A stretch of 64,000 nt of DNA. Source: Euglena gracilis. Taxonomy: Eukaryota. The stretch lies in assembly GCA_039621445.1 (NCBI GenBank), contig CP154954.1, forward strand, positions 15,828,140 through 15,892,139. Direction: 5' to 3'. The position numbers and the translations under genes were made by a program. Under the pieces are notes generated by a model, which was not told the origin of the DNA, searched no databases, and saw only the letters and a program-made list of their open reading frames with translations. Positions 1 through 11,862 of this stretch are shown here, one piece after another. Within the stretch, counting starts at the first letter, position 1; every line of letters starts with the position of its first letter.

Positions 1-689
1 CACCCATCAACCTACCAAAAACTGCCGGGAAAAAAAGTCGGCAGAAAATTGTGAAAGGGAGCACCTCATCCCAATCACCCCAGGGGCCAAAACTGGAAAC
101 ACGGGGGTCACAACGGGTTGAATGAATGATGGCCTCAACATTGCTTCATGAAATTTCTATTTGGTACCTTTTTTTCCTGCACTCTTCTTTTTCCCGCTCT
201 CTCTCTCTCTTTTTCAAATTTTCTGTAACCAATCAAAGGCAAAATTGCATAATGCTCGACTTTTGAAAAGTGCATCAATGCAATAGAGACAAAACTCGAT
301 GTTTTTAGATGCATAACCGTGTGGGAACGTAATTTCAGGTCGTCTGATGCCGCATAACTGAAAGCCCTCTAAGTCAGCCACCAGCCTTGACTTACTGTAT
401 CACAAACACAAATGAAGCACTATGTGTGCGATGTTGATTCATTTCTGTCGAGCATTGCGAAAAATGTGGAAATAATAAGTTTGTCATGTATCCTGCATAC
501 TTTGTGAGGCCTTCCGTGCGAGATATAGTTCATTCATTTAATGTGATGTACCAAATCTCGGACCAGCTGGAAAAGAAGGGAAGCCAGTGAGCCAAGAAAA
601 AATAAGTACTCCACCAAGCCTGCGTGGGGTGGGTTGCAACCCCGGCGCGCAAAACCGAGCCCATCGCTCTCCACCCCCCCCCCCCTTCA

Positions 690-850
690 GCTCCTCGGCC
701 TCGAGGCCCGGCCCTGCCCTCCTCCGCTGGGCTCGGCAACGCCGGGGCTGCCGGCTCCCCGGCCGCCTCGCTCTTGCCCGCCACGGCCTCGGCAGCCCCG
801 TCGGCCTCCCGGCGGGCCTTCTTGGCGGGTGGTTCGGGCAGGGCGGAGCG
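690..850 (-). CDS. Probable exon with NLS-like PPAKKARR motif (copy B equivalent ~34581-34745)
   Basis: GC-rich island between MITE-like and AT-rich DNA. Frame EPPAKKARREADGAAEAVAGKSEAAGEPAAPALP has high GC3. Boundaries are approximate. Confidence 0.45.
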
Positions 851-954
851 GGAGGGGGGGGGCAGGTTGGGGGGGGGGGGGGCGACAGACATTACTTCTT
901 TAAGGCACCTTAAAACCCCTGAAAAAAAATGTGATCAAAAACGCTGTAAAAAGC

Positions 955-1230
955 TTTAATTTAATTGATTAATTAATTCCAAATTAAATTAATTAATGGA
1001 TTGATTGATTTAATTAATTAATTTTCAATTAAACTATTAATTAAAATAATAAATTCTTTTTTAATTGGATTAATTAATTAATTAATTAAAATAATTGATT
1101 CATTTTTGATTCAATTAACTAACTATTATTTATTAATAGATTACCACATAAATTAATTTATTTTTTATTAAATGAATTAACTAATTAAATTAATTAATTC
1201 ATTTTGAATAAAATAAGTAATTAATTAATT
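955..1230. repeat. AT-rich TTAATTAA low-complexity tract (also 14855-14960, 16320-16390)
   Basis: Dense TTAATTAA repeats. Confidence 0.85.
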
Positions 1231-1504
1231 TTTTGAGTTTCCTGTCTTAAAACATGACTCCAACTTGGCGTCGACCCCCCCCATCCCCCACCACCCGTAG
1301 GGTTCCCGGATTCCCGTGCAGCCCTGGGCTCGGGGGCCTCCTCCGCCGCCATCACAGCCCCACTGTCCGCCGCCAGCGGGTCGGGAGGGTCGGGAGGTCG
1401 CTCTGCAGGAGGGCAGGACGGCAGGCGGAGAAGCCGTGGCGTGAGGTGGGGCGGCGGAAATGGAACAAGTTTAAGAACGAGAACTTAACCTGTGCGTCCC
1501 TATG

Positions 1505-2237
1505 AGTGTGTGTGTCGTGTGTGGGTGTGCGTGTGCGTGTGTGTGCATGTGTTGTGGGTTTATGTGTATGTGTTCTGTGTGGGTGTGTGAATGTGTTGTG
1601 TCTCTTGTGTGTATGTGTGTGTGTTGTGTGGGTGTGGGTGTTTGTGTTGTATGCGGGTGTGTTGTGTGTGTTGTGTGTGTTGTGTGTGTTGTGTGTGTTG
1701 TGTGTGTGTGCGTGTGTGTGTTTGTGTGTGTGTGGGTGTGTGCTGTGTGCGGGTGTGTGTGTGTATGTGTCGTATGCGGGTGTGTTGTGTGTGTTGTGTG
1801 TGGGTGTGGGTGTGGGTGTGGGTGCATGTGTTGTGTGCTTATGTGTATGTGTTGTGCGTGGGTGTGGGTGTGTGTTGTGTGTCGTGTGTGTGTGTGTGTT
1901 GTGTGGGTGTGGGCGTATGTGTTGTATGCGGGTGTGTGGGTGTATTGTGTGTGTTGTGTGTGTTGTGTGTGGGTGTGGGTGTATGCGTTGTAGGCGGGTG
2001 TGTTGTGTGTGGGTGTGTGTGTGCTTTGTATGGGTGTAGGTGTATGTGTCGTAGGCGGGTGTGTTGTGTGTGTTGTGTGTGTTGTGGGTGGGTGTGGGTG
2101 TGGGTGTGGGTGCATGTGTTGTGTGTGTTGTGTGTGGGTGTGTTGTGTGTGTTGTGTGTGGGTGTGTTGTGTGTGTTGTATGTGGGTGTGGGTGTGGGTG
2201 TGTGTGTTGTATGTGGGTGTGTGGGTGTGTGGGTGTG

Positions 2238-2312
<75 letters not shown>

Positions 2313-2335
2313 TGTGTGTGTGGGTGTGTGTGTGT

Positions 2336-2384
<49 letters not shown>

Positions 2385-2453
2385 GGTGGGTGGGTGGGTG
2401 GGTGTGGGTGTGTGTGTGGGTGTGGGTGTAGGTGTGGGTGTGGGTGGGTGGGT

Positions 2454-2533
<80 letters not shown>

Positions 2534-2550
2534 GTGTGTGGTGTGTGGGT
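1505..2550 (+). repeat. Compound (GT)n/(GTGG)n microsatellite; copy B ~35413-36312
   Basis: Visible directly in the sequence; source of the His-Thr and Cys-Val pseudo-ORFs. Confidence 0.97.
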
Positions 2551-3235
2551 GTCCATAAATATTCATACCTCTATAGGCGGAAACCATGTTCCATTTGTGA
2601 AAGATTCCAAACCCATCCATGGCAGATCAAATGGACTTACCTTTCCCCAAAAGGCACCCTTTAACGTTTTATCCTGGCAGACACCTCTGTGTGCATTCAG
2701 CAGCCAACACCACATCCGTTGATACTTGGAAACGTATTTTGGTCCCTCTTGTCAAAACATTCATTTTAACAATTCCAAAAAAACTGACACAAAAAAAAAA
2801 AGAAAACCACTGCCAAAACATTGGAATACGGGGGGGAAATATGGAAAATTTGGAAAATTTGGAATATGGGGGAAGACCAATCAGCAATTTAAACATTCCT
2901 TCAAATTTCGGCAGCACGTTTGGGCAGCCAAAGTCCCAGGCCGGGGGTATACTGTTTGGGGGGTTCACTTGTGGCCCCGGAAAGGTCGAAAGGTTGGCAA
3001 GGACAAGGGGTCAGCAAATATTTCCAGCTCCGAAAAAGGAGAATATCACACCGACGGGCTGGGTATTTTCAGATAATTTATTCACACCATTATGCCCACA
3101 TTTTTGTGGTATCCTGGCCATCACAGAGCTGAACAGGAATCCCCTAAATGGAGCCATCTGCAATGGCGTGACGCATTTTTCCTGATCACGGGTTTTATTT
3201 GGTGTGTTTTTTAAAACCGAATAACCCCCCCCAAA

Positions 3236-3420
3236 AAAAACCTGGTGGGGTGCCAGGTTATCGGAGCCACCTTTTGGCCCCTCTGCCAGGTTGTTTGGGC
3301 CCTTTTTCAGCGCTGTAAAGGAATTTTACCTTCCAAAGGGGGGTACCAAGTTACTGGAACCACCTTTATAAAATAAACCTGGCAGGCCCTTGCTCCTGGC
3401 AGTGGCCGAACACCTTGGAA
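3236..3420 (+). repeat. Dispersed repeat family member (others at ~16430-16640 minus, ~27615-27825 plus)
   Basis: Shared core CTGCCAGGTT(A/G)TTTGGGCCCTTTTTCAGC...AAGGAATTTT(A/G)CCTT...CCAA(G/A)TTACTGGAACCA. Confidence 0.8.
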
Positions 3421-4142
3421 GGGGGAGGGGGAAAAAAGGTATTTGGTCAGTGCCAGGAGGAAGGGCCTGCCAGGTTGGTTTTATAATGATAAATCAACCT
3501 GTTAATAACTTTATCAATAAAAAAATTTGGGGGGGGGGTTAAGGTAACTTCAGGCCAACATGCAGGCCGATCTAACTTAAGGTCAACCTGAACTTATGAC
3601 GACCTGAATGTGGACAAAAAATTTGGATTTAATACAAGATACGGTACCAGCAGCGGGCCATTGAGTGGGAGGCGCTGTGGGGGGGGGGGGTATTTGCTTC
3701 CTGTTTGGTGGTGTAGTAGATAAGGTTGCCGGTCGGCATTCTTCCTGCCGGGGATCCTTCACCTGCTTGGTTCCCCACGAGGCACACAATGCGACGACCA
3801 AGCCCACACACAGCGTTCTGTCATGTACCGCATTGAGTGCACGACAGACATCAACTTGCTTCATAGAGGCAAGGAGGAGAGCAAGGGCCCTCTATCTGCA
3901 CTGGCAACCGTTGGGTCTTTTAGGTTGCAGTCCCAAAAGAGCCCCCCCCCCAAGGTGCGAAGTCGCAGGTTGAAACGAAGAACAATCAAACGGGGCATCC
4001 CTTTGTGGGTCTCTAGTCAACTTTCTGAGACAAAGAACTGCCCTGTGTACATACAGCACAGCCAACGCTGCCAGACAAGAGCAGGCTCAGAGAGAATAGT
4101 TATAATATTTTTTTGGTATAAGAAGCGGGGTTGAGGGAGGAC

Positions 4143-4552
4143 CAGGGTTCGATATAAGGACAGGTGGGGGGGGGGGTGGTCCGGACCCCCCCCTGCGGGC
4201 CAGGAGGGGGGGGGGGGGGGGGGGGGGCACCCCCCCCCACCTAAACAGGTGCGCGGTCAGGGTGGCCGAAAATTTTTGACCCCCCAAAACGACCAAAAGT
4301 GCCATTTTGGGCACTTTTGGGGCAAAAATGTGCCAAAAATGCAAAAAATTTTCGGCGCGAAGCGCCGGAGGAAAAAATTGACCCTTTTTGGGGGGGGTCA
4401 ATTTTTGCCCCCGAGGGTCGGTCCGGACCCCCCTTGCAGGTGGGGGGGGGGGTGGTCCGGACCCCCCCCTGCGGGCCAGGCGGGGGGGGGGGTGGGGGGG
4501 GGGACACCCCCCCCCACCTAAACCATGTACGCCCTCCTTATATCGAACCCTG
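4143..4552. mobile_element. hAT-type MITE (410 bp); copy B at 37906-38314
   Basis: Perfect 18-bp TIR CAGGGTTCGATATAAGGA / TCCTTATATCGAACCCTG and perfect 8-bp TSD GGGAGGAC (4135-4142, 4553-4560). Internal repeats of GGTCCGGACCCCCC. Confidence 0.92.
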
Positions 4553-6150
4553 GGGAGGACAGCGGCAACCCGCTTTGGCTTAGACGGAGGCAGCAACTGC
4601 AAAAAGGCAAAGACCCCTGTGCTCGTTGAACTGAAACCAAGCAAAGAACACTTCACAAATCACTGACCCAAGTCAATACTTTCCTTGAGGGCAATTCTGC
4701 GCCGTTGCATCCGCTTTGGATCAATGAAGTTGGGAGGCAGGTCGAGTTGGGGGGAAACTGGCAATTTGTGCCAAAAGCAGGAGCCAGGGGGGGGGGGGGG
4801 GGGGCGTCTCCACACCCACCCATCCCCTTGGGTGGATCCCAGGGTCTCACTTTTCCCCCAAAATGGCTAAAAATCACGAAAAATGCCAAAAAAATAGCAA
4901 CTCTTTCAAAAAAAATTGGCGCTTTCGTATAGTATATCCCCCCTGGGGGGGACTCACGGAGGGGGGGGGGAGGCACCGAGACCCCAGCGGTGCCCAGCCT
5001 CCTCGCGGCGGGAGGGGGGGCAACGTGCCGAAAGGCACGGCAAACCGGGCAAGAAATTTCTGGGAAGAGGTGGGCACCCCCACCTTCGCCCCCCCCCCTT
5101 CAGTCCCTCACGATGTCCAACGCCGACCCCTCGTCCCCCCCCTCCTCGTCTTTTTCAGTCCCTGTCGTTGTTCTACGAGCGGCGCTGGCTCTTGGTGTGC
5201 CCGCGGGCGGCGTGGTGCTTGGCTGTGCCCACGCTGACCCGCGGCACTGCGCCTTGCATGAGAGCCACACCAAACCAAACCAAACCACCCTTCCCCCCCC
5301 CCCGGGTCCAAGGCTAAAAAAAAACCCCTGGAGGAGGCGGGCTGTGCGGGAAGGCCTGGTGAGAGGGGTTGACCCCCCGCAAAAGACGGGGGAGGGGCGT
5401 GGTTTGCAATTCTGCGGGGAAAATACCGGGAAATCTTTGACAAAGGAAAAAAAACACCAGAAAAAGGGACATGTGTGGGAATTCTTAGAACGTCAAACTA
5501 AGTTCCTTTCCACATTCGACAGAGAACCGATCGATTTTGGGAAAGGGGGTGGTCGTGTGCACCATTTGAAAGAAAAGTTCAAAAACCCTGGTTTTGAACT
5601 CTGGGACACACGTGAATTTTCCCAAAACAGGGCCAGAACCCCGCTGTGAGTCCCTCGTTTTTGAAGCCTTGACTGTGTTCCCCACATGGTGCTGCAGAGG
5701 CTGGGTGAATTTTGGTCCTTTTTGTTGCTTTTTTAGGGTGTGTGTGATCTGCCTGTGAAAGTTTGCCTGATGAGGTGTCCAGAGGGTGGACTCTACACAC
5801 ACGTTGTGAAAAGTTGGGGAAACGGCATGTCACAGAGTTGTGATCCCTGGGTGCTTGAAGCGCGTTGAGCGGTACAGTGGGAACCACCCAGGGGGAGGGG
5901 TTGGGGGCAGAGGGTTTTCAGTCGTGGACCCGGGGGGGGGGGGCCTGTTGACCTTTGAAAACAACTTTTTTTCATTGTTGTCTCCAAAATTTTGTTTTTC
6001 ATTTTTGCACGGCGGTCGTTTTTTTCCAGCGTGCATGTGTTTTTTGGGGGGGGGTTTCATTTTTGTAAAATTTGCACCTTTAAACTTTTATTTATGTTTT
6101 TTCTCATTCTTTGAACCCTGCTACACCAGATTTCTGTCTTCATACGGGGG

Positions 6151-6285
6151 CAGGCAAGGACAGTCATTCCCGGTTTCGGTCTCCGGTGGGGTCCGTTGGG
6201 GTCCGGTGGGATCCGGTGGGAACCCACTAGTCAAATGGCCAAAAAAATGGTGGGATCCGGTGGGATCTGGTGGCTGTCCTTGCCT
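6151..6285. mobile_element. Small MITE nested in another repeat
   Basis: TIR CAGGCAAGGACAG / CTGTCCTTGCCTG, degenerate 8-bp TSD (TACGGGGG/ACCGGGGG) and internal CCGGTGGG(A/G)T repeats. Confidence 0.7.
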
Positions 6286-7232
6286 GACCGGGGGGGTCTC
6301 CCTACCCACCCACCCACCCACCCTGTGGGCAGGGGGGGGGGGAGGTCCCAGGGACCCCCCAACTTCTCCCCGAAATAGCCAAAAAATTGCGAAAAATATT
6401 AAAAATAGCACCTTTCCAAAAAAAATTGACGCCTTTGGCGCCAAACAGTATATCCCCCCTGGGGACCCGTCCCCGGGGGGGGCTCCACCGGACCCACCCG
6501 CCTCACCCCCCCTGGGGGTCCAAGACTAAAAAAGACCCTGACGAGGACTCTCTGAAAAATAAAATACAAAAAGCTTCCTCTTTTTCAGCCCCTTGCCCTT
6601 TCTCCATCACGAAGCACCTTACCTCCGCCCCAAAAAGCAAAAGCGGACACACGTGAGCCGAGTAGATCAGCACACTGCCTGCCCCGAGACGATGGGCACA
6701 GGGAGGGGCATATGGGACGCCGGAAATAGACACAGGGAGAGCAACTTCCAAGTGGTGATTGTTGTCTGGGGCAGGGCTGCAGATGCGGGTGTGTGGGAGG
6801 GGACACTGAAACAGAGCTGAAAGTGAACGGCCGCCCAGCATGGAATGTGTGCAGGGAACGGTCTGTCCCTGGACCTCAAATACGGCAGGTGCCCCTGAAA
6901 TCAACAAAAGAAAACAAACCACATGCTGCAGCTTGCAGAAACGTGTGTAAAAAAATAACCATGTGCCAATTTCCGACGTTGCGGAACCAAAAACAAAAAA
7001 AACAAAAAAGAACTTGGAATAAATACACAAAATGAGGGAAATGTCCCATCGGCGCCAACCACATCCCGACAGCCCAAGAGACGAGGGGGTGGTGACCTCC
7101 CCAGGCCAAGAGAGAGAAAAAAGAGTGAAAGTCCTGTACAGCAAAAGGCCTGGGCCCTTCCACACAGACGGGCAGAGGTACATGGCAGGCTGGGCTGCAC
7201 TGACGGGGAACTGAGATAAGGTGGGCTGGGAT

Positions 7233-7468
7233 CAGAGGCTTTTTTAAGACTGGGGGTCCCCCAACCCACCCCCCCCCCAAAAATGGACAAAAATCGCGAA
7301 AATGCCAAAAATAGTCCTATTTCAAAATTTTTCGGCGCCTTTGGCGCCGAAAAGTATATCCCACCAGCCCCTGGGGGGAGCCCCCCCAGACTCGGCCGGA
7401 CCCACCCACCCTAGCCCCCCCCCTCTCCCCCCCCCGGGGGGTCCAAGACTAAAAAAAAAAAAACACTG
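7233..7468. mobile_element. hAT-type MITE (236 bp)
   Basis: CAG...CTG ends with T-run/A-run subtermini and a 7/8 TSD (GCTGGGAT / GCTGGGGT). The GTCCAAG(A/G)CTAAAAAA..CCCTG end is shared with elements ending at ~5330 and ~6540. Confidence 0.7.
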
Positions 7469-8830
7469 GCTGGGGTTTGGGGCCCTTTCAACAGCCGGTG
7501 CACTCGTTGCGAGGTGGGCCCAGTCAGGACCACAAACACTGGGAAGCATCCGGTTCGAGGAGCAGCCGGGGCTCAGCACGCCGCCAACTCACCTCTCACT
7601 TCACCGCCGGCGGGGGAGAGGAGGACGGGAGGGGTTGGCACTCCATTTCGTCACTGCGTTCGGCGGGTCGCGGGCATTCGCCCATGGTTGCCCTCGTCGG
7701 CTGAATGCCAGGGGGAGGGGGGTCCCAATCAAACCCCCTCGGGGGGATTGGGCCGAGTCGGTGCCCTGCCAGAGGCGGGATTTTCTTCTGTTTTCGGTTC
7801 GAAGCGCCAAAAAAAATTGGACCCCAAAATTGACCCCCCAAAAGTCCTCCGGGCCTGGCCCCTGGGTCCTCCGGGCCGGGCCCCCCAGGGGGTGGGGGGG
7901 TGAGTCCGGACCCCCCCCGGGTCCTAAAAAACCTATGGCGGGAATCCCAGGCAAGGAGATAGAATGACTCAGAAAGATGGGTGTGCTTGAGACAAGGGAG
8001 GAGGGAGGGGGTTGGCTTTGGTGCTTCGGGTGGGGACAGGGCAGTTGCCTCCACTAGACACCCACTGTCACTTCCCACTTTGGTGCTGTGCTCGGCATTG
8101 GACGGCAAGTAGTTGTGCGTAGGAGGGGGTGTCAGAAAAATGGCATGTGTGACAACTATAGAAGGCGCTTTTACGCCGCTTTTGCACACCTTTGGCCACT
8201 TTTGGGCCGCTTTCGGGCAGATTTTGGTAACAATGCCAACGTTTGCCAACTTGGCTGACTTTTGGCTCCTTTTGGCCACTGCCGGATGCAACTTTAAGGC
8301 AACTTTGGCTGCTGTTAACTGCTTTTGGTCGCTTGTGTCCACTTTTGTCAACTTTTGGCAACTCTCGGGCAACATCTGGCCACCTTTGCCCCTTTTTGGC
8401 TGCCTTTTGACTGCCTTTGGGAACTTGTGGTCAATTTTGGTCACTAGTGGCTACTTCAGTCACTTTCCAAGAGCTATTTTAAAACCTTTCAAGGAGGGCG
8501 GTAGGGTCTGGGCAACCCATCCTAACATCCAGGGGGGGGTACAGACCAGGTTTTGAATAGTGCTAAGCTCTTAATAAGCGAGCACCCACCCCTTCATTGA
8601 CCCCCCATATAAACCGGCCCACTCCATGGAGCTCTTTTGACTGAAATGCAAGGGTTTTGTGCGCGAAACGGGGCGCCAGGGGTCGAAAAATGCTCATTTT
8701 CGGCGAAAAAATCACCTTTTCTGGGTCCTGGAGGCCAAAAAACATCGTTTGGGGCAAAAAAAGTTTTTCGATTTTTTTCGACTTTTTTGTCCCGAAAATG
8801 ATCCTAAGTGCATTGGTTTCGGGCCCAACA

Positions 8831-9812
8831 GGGGTCTCGAGGGGCGCTGGGGGCCGCCGACAGGGAGCTGCAGCCGAGGAGGGGTGCCCCAGGGGCCATG
8901 ACGAGCCCCCCTCGGTTGCCCGGGTGCCCAGGCGGCCACGAAAAAAGCGAGCCTCCAGTTTCGGCAGAAACCGATGGCCAGGGCTGCACAGTCCCGGACA
9001 CCTCACGGCGGCGGGGTGGAGCCCACCCACCTAAGGTCGCCCAAGCAAGGTGGACGAGTGTCCTGGAACATGGCCCCGGAAGGGCCTGCCAGACACCCAC
9101 ACGCCTTCGGGCGTGTGGTCACTTGGGCGCCCCTGCTACCCATGCAGGGAGGGCAGTGGAGTCGAGTCCGAAAGGACGCTGCCCGACGTGTCAGGCCAAT
9201 TGGTCCCGGAAGGGTGACGCCGCAAGGTCACTTGACCGGGGGTTGCCAGTCCACCTACGACACGGAGAGAGGGGGGCTCTCTCACCTACCGAACTCCCCC
9301 CCCCCCCCCTCCCCGGGTCGGGGCCACCAGGAGAACGACGGATTATCACCATGATCCGGCCCAGTTCCGGAATTTTTTCCAGTCGCGAGCGACTGGATTT
9401 CTAGTTTCCGATCATGGGTTTGACCCCAACTCCCCGCCAGGCCGAGTTATTCACGGGGGGGGGGGGGGTCTAAACTGGGTAGGAGGCCCGCCTGGATAAG
9501 CCCCACCCTTCGGACTCTGCCCTTTCGGCGTCAATTTTCAAAATATCTCCATGGCCAGATCAAAGGAAATGTCCGGAGACCTAAATTGCCCTTGGAACGC
9601 TCTATCTACTGGTATTTGGTTTCCCCGCAGCTCACCGCCTAGCCCGAAGACCATTTTTCGGCCCTTTGGGCCATTTTGTACACTTTTTCCACTGTTCGAC
9701 ACCGTTTCGGCCAAAAAAAATTCGTCGAAAGCCCGAAACGATGTTTTTTGGGCTCCCGGACCCGGGCTGTTTTTGGCCGATGAGCTCGACCCAACAGCGC
9801 CCGCCCCGTTTT
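8831..9812. other. Segment inverted relative to copy B (42590-43656)
   Basis: Copy A: GGGCCCAACA|GGGGTCTCGAG...GCCCGCCCCGTTTT|GACCTCC. Copy B: GGGCCC|AAAACGGGGCGGGC...CTCGAGACCCCG|GACCTCC. Confidence 0.92.
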
Positions 9813-10715
9813 GACCTCCGGCCGGAGCCGCACAGCTGCAGGCACCCGCCGGGCTGCATGGGCTTCCCCTGCCTGACCGGCCGCCCCTCCAGGCCCCCCC
9901 GGGGGTTGCCCGGACGGCACTGAAGCCGCTCGGGATCCCTTCGGGGCGGTCGGCCCACCCCACCCTCCTCCATGCCCACGCGCCGCGGGGAGCAGCGTGT
10001 GGGTTTAGGAGGGGTGCGGCCTGCGTTGGCGGCATGCCTCGGCTCCATGGCATGCCCCCGGGGTACCACCGTGCCACTGAGGCTGGAGGTGCAGGTCCGA
10101 CTTGGTACCCCGGGAGGGGGGAGGGGGGTCGAGGGGGAGGGTTTCGCCAGGGGTAAGCTTCGCTCTTACCCTAAAGGGATAAGAGCTGACCCCCCCCTAC
10201 CACCGACCTCAAAACTGAAGGGCTTCCCATCTGTCCATTCCCACCCTGGGGGTGTGACCTTCCTTAAAAAAGAAGCCCAATTTGTGTACAGCTCTGGGAA
10301 CCCCCCACAGCCAATTGAACAAAAGGTCTTCCAATCATTTCCCTGCCATGAACCCTCGGGGTGGGGCTGTCAGGGATGGGCCCACCCGCAAACCCAAGCT
10401 GCTTCGCAAGCAGCGCAGAGGGAACGCGACGCACGATTCGGAAAGCTTGCAGAGCCTGCAGGAGCTTTCGAGCCAAGAGCACGAAAATTGGGGCCCTTGG
10501 CTCTGGGAAAACCGAGGGGATGGTCCACAGGCTTGAGCGGCACCGGCAAATGCCGGGCACTGTGGAATGCAGGCCAAAGTTTCTGTGTCTGCAGCACAGG
10601 TGTTTTTAGGCCATTGGCAGTTTCTGGGCGGCTGGTTTTTTTTCTTTTGCACGTCAACTCCAGACACTGCGACCAATGGCGAGAGAGAGGGATATGTCTT
10701 CATCGGGAGAGAGTC

Positions 10716-10936
10716 ATGGCCAGGACCCCGCAGGACCCCCCCAGGACCCCCCCAGGACCCCCCCAGGACCCCCCCAGGACCCACCGGGGGGCGGCACCCA
10801 GATGACCCACTGACCGTGGAGTTCCGGGCGCCTTCGGCGCCCGCTACCGGGGGGGCTCCCGCCCCCCCCCCCGACCCCCCCGGGCTTCAAAATAACCTCA
10901 TCTTGTGCTGCAAAAATTTTGCCAAAAAGTTGCGGG

Positions 10937-10969
<33 letters not shown>

Positions 10970-11167
10970 AGGACCCCCCAGGTCCCCCCCAAGACCCCCC
11001 CCCCAGGACCCCCCCAAGGACCCCCCCAGTACCCCCCCAGGACCCCCCAGGACCCCCCCAAAACCCCCCCCCCCCCCCCCCCAGACCCCCCCAGGGCCCC
11101 CCCCAGGACCCCCCCAGGACCCCCCCCAGGACAGGGTCCTGGGGGGGGGGGGAACTGGCCATAAATG
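10716..11167. mobile_element. MITE-like element built from (GGACCCCCCCA)n repeats
   Basis: ATGGCCAG / CTGGCCAT inverted ends, ~11-bp tandem C-rich units and a central GGGCGCCTTCGGCGCCC hairpin. Confidence 0.55.
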
Positions 11168-11794
11168 GAGAACCACCGTATGGTTTACCTCCCCCCATGA
11201 TGAACATTTTACTACGCCATCAAAAGATGAATCTTAACAGCAAAAAAAAACGAGAAAAATGCAAACAAGGTGCCAAAAAGAAAACCGGAGAAGATGGATC
11301 AATCAGCAGAAACTGTGCACAAAATGAAAAGCATGTAAATTCCAAGAGCATGTGAACAAAGGAGAACACTAAAGTCCAGTATCATTCTGGAGGAATGCTG
11401 GAAACAAAACCGGAAATTAGAAGGGGGAAAGCGAAGGGGCGGGTGTCATCAGGAACAAGGAATATGACGTTTGAGAGGTATCCTCCATCATAAAGAATGG
11501 CTCACAATCACCTTCGCATAAGTTGTCATCCCCGCACCCATGCGCTCCCATTGTCCTTCAATCTTTTCCTTTGCCTTCACAAGACCACGAGGGGCCTTTC
11601 TTCCGGCGCCTTTAGTGCCGTGCGCCATTTTTGGTCATTTCCGGTCATCCCCCCCCCGTTCCTGGCGTGCCCAGTGCCCAAAAACCAATCAGTGGACCAA
11701 ACACCCCTGATGGTGGGGGGGGGGGGGCGGGAAGTGGCACACACTAAGCAAACAGCGGGGTTTGCATGCTGTGCGTGGACGGTTTGTGTGAACC

Positions 11795-11862
11795 AGCCCG
11801 GCCTCCTTCTTTGCAGCCGCAGTGCAAGCCGCGGTGCAAGCCGCGGTGCAAGCCTCGTGGAC
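11795..11862 (-). CDS. Probable small exon containing a 12-bp x3 in-frame repeat
   Basis: gtcttcccccAG acceptor, VHEACTAACTAACTAAAKKEAGL, then GTtcac donor. Confidence 0.35.

Noticed and set aside
1352-2664. Long ORFs (up to 422 aa) rich in His-Thr or Cys-Val
   Set aside because: They are translations of the (GT)n microsatellite; the same applies to 25269-25831, 30203-30942 (in part) and 35400-36562.
4020-4029. ACTTTCTGAG resembling the start of the Euglena spliced-leader exon
   Set aside because: Only 10 nt match and the rest diverges; no SL-RNA or 5S context.
8100-8470. 282-aa Lys-rich ORF (7596-8444)
   Set aside because: It is driven by degenerate ~10-bp ACTTTTGGC-like repeats and is frameshifted between copies.
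10567-11355. Pro-rich extensin/formin-like ORFs
   Set aside because: They arise from the (GGACCCCCCCA)n repeat of a MITE-like element, and the frames differ between the two copies.
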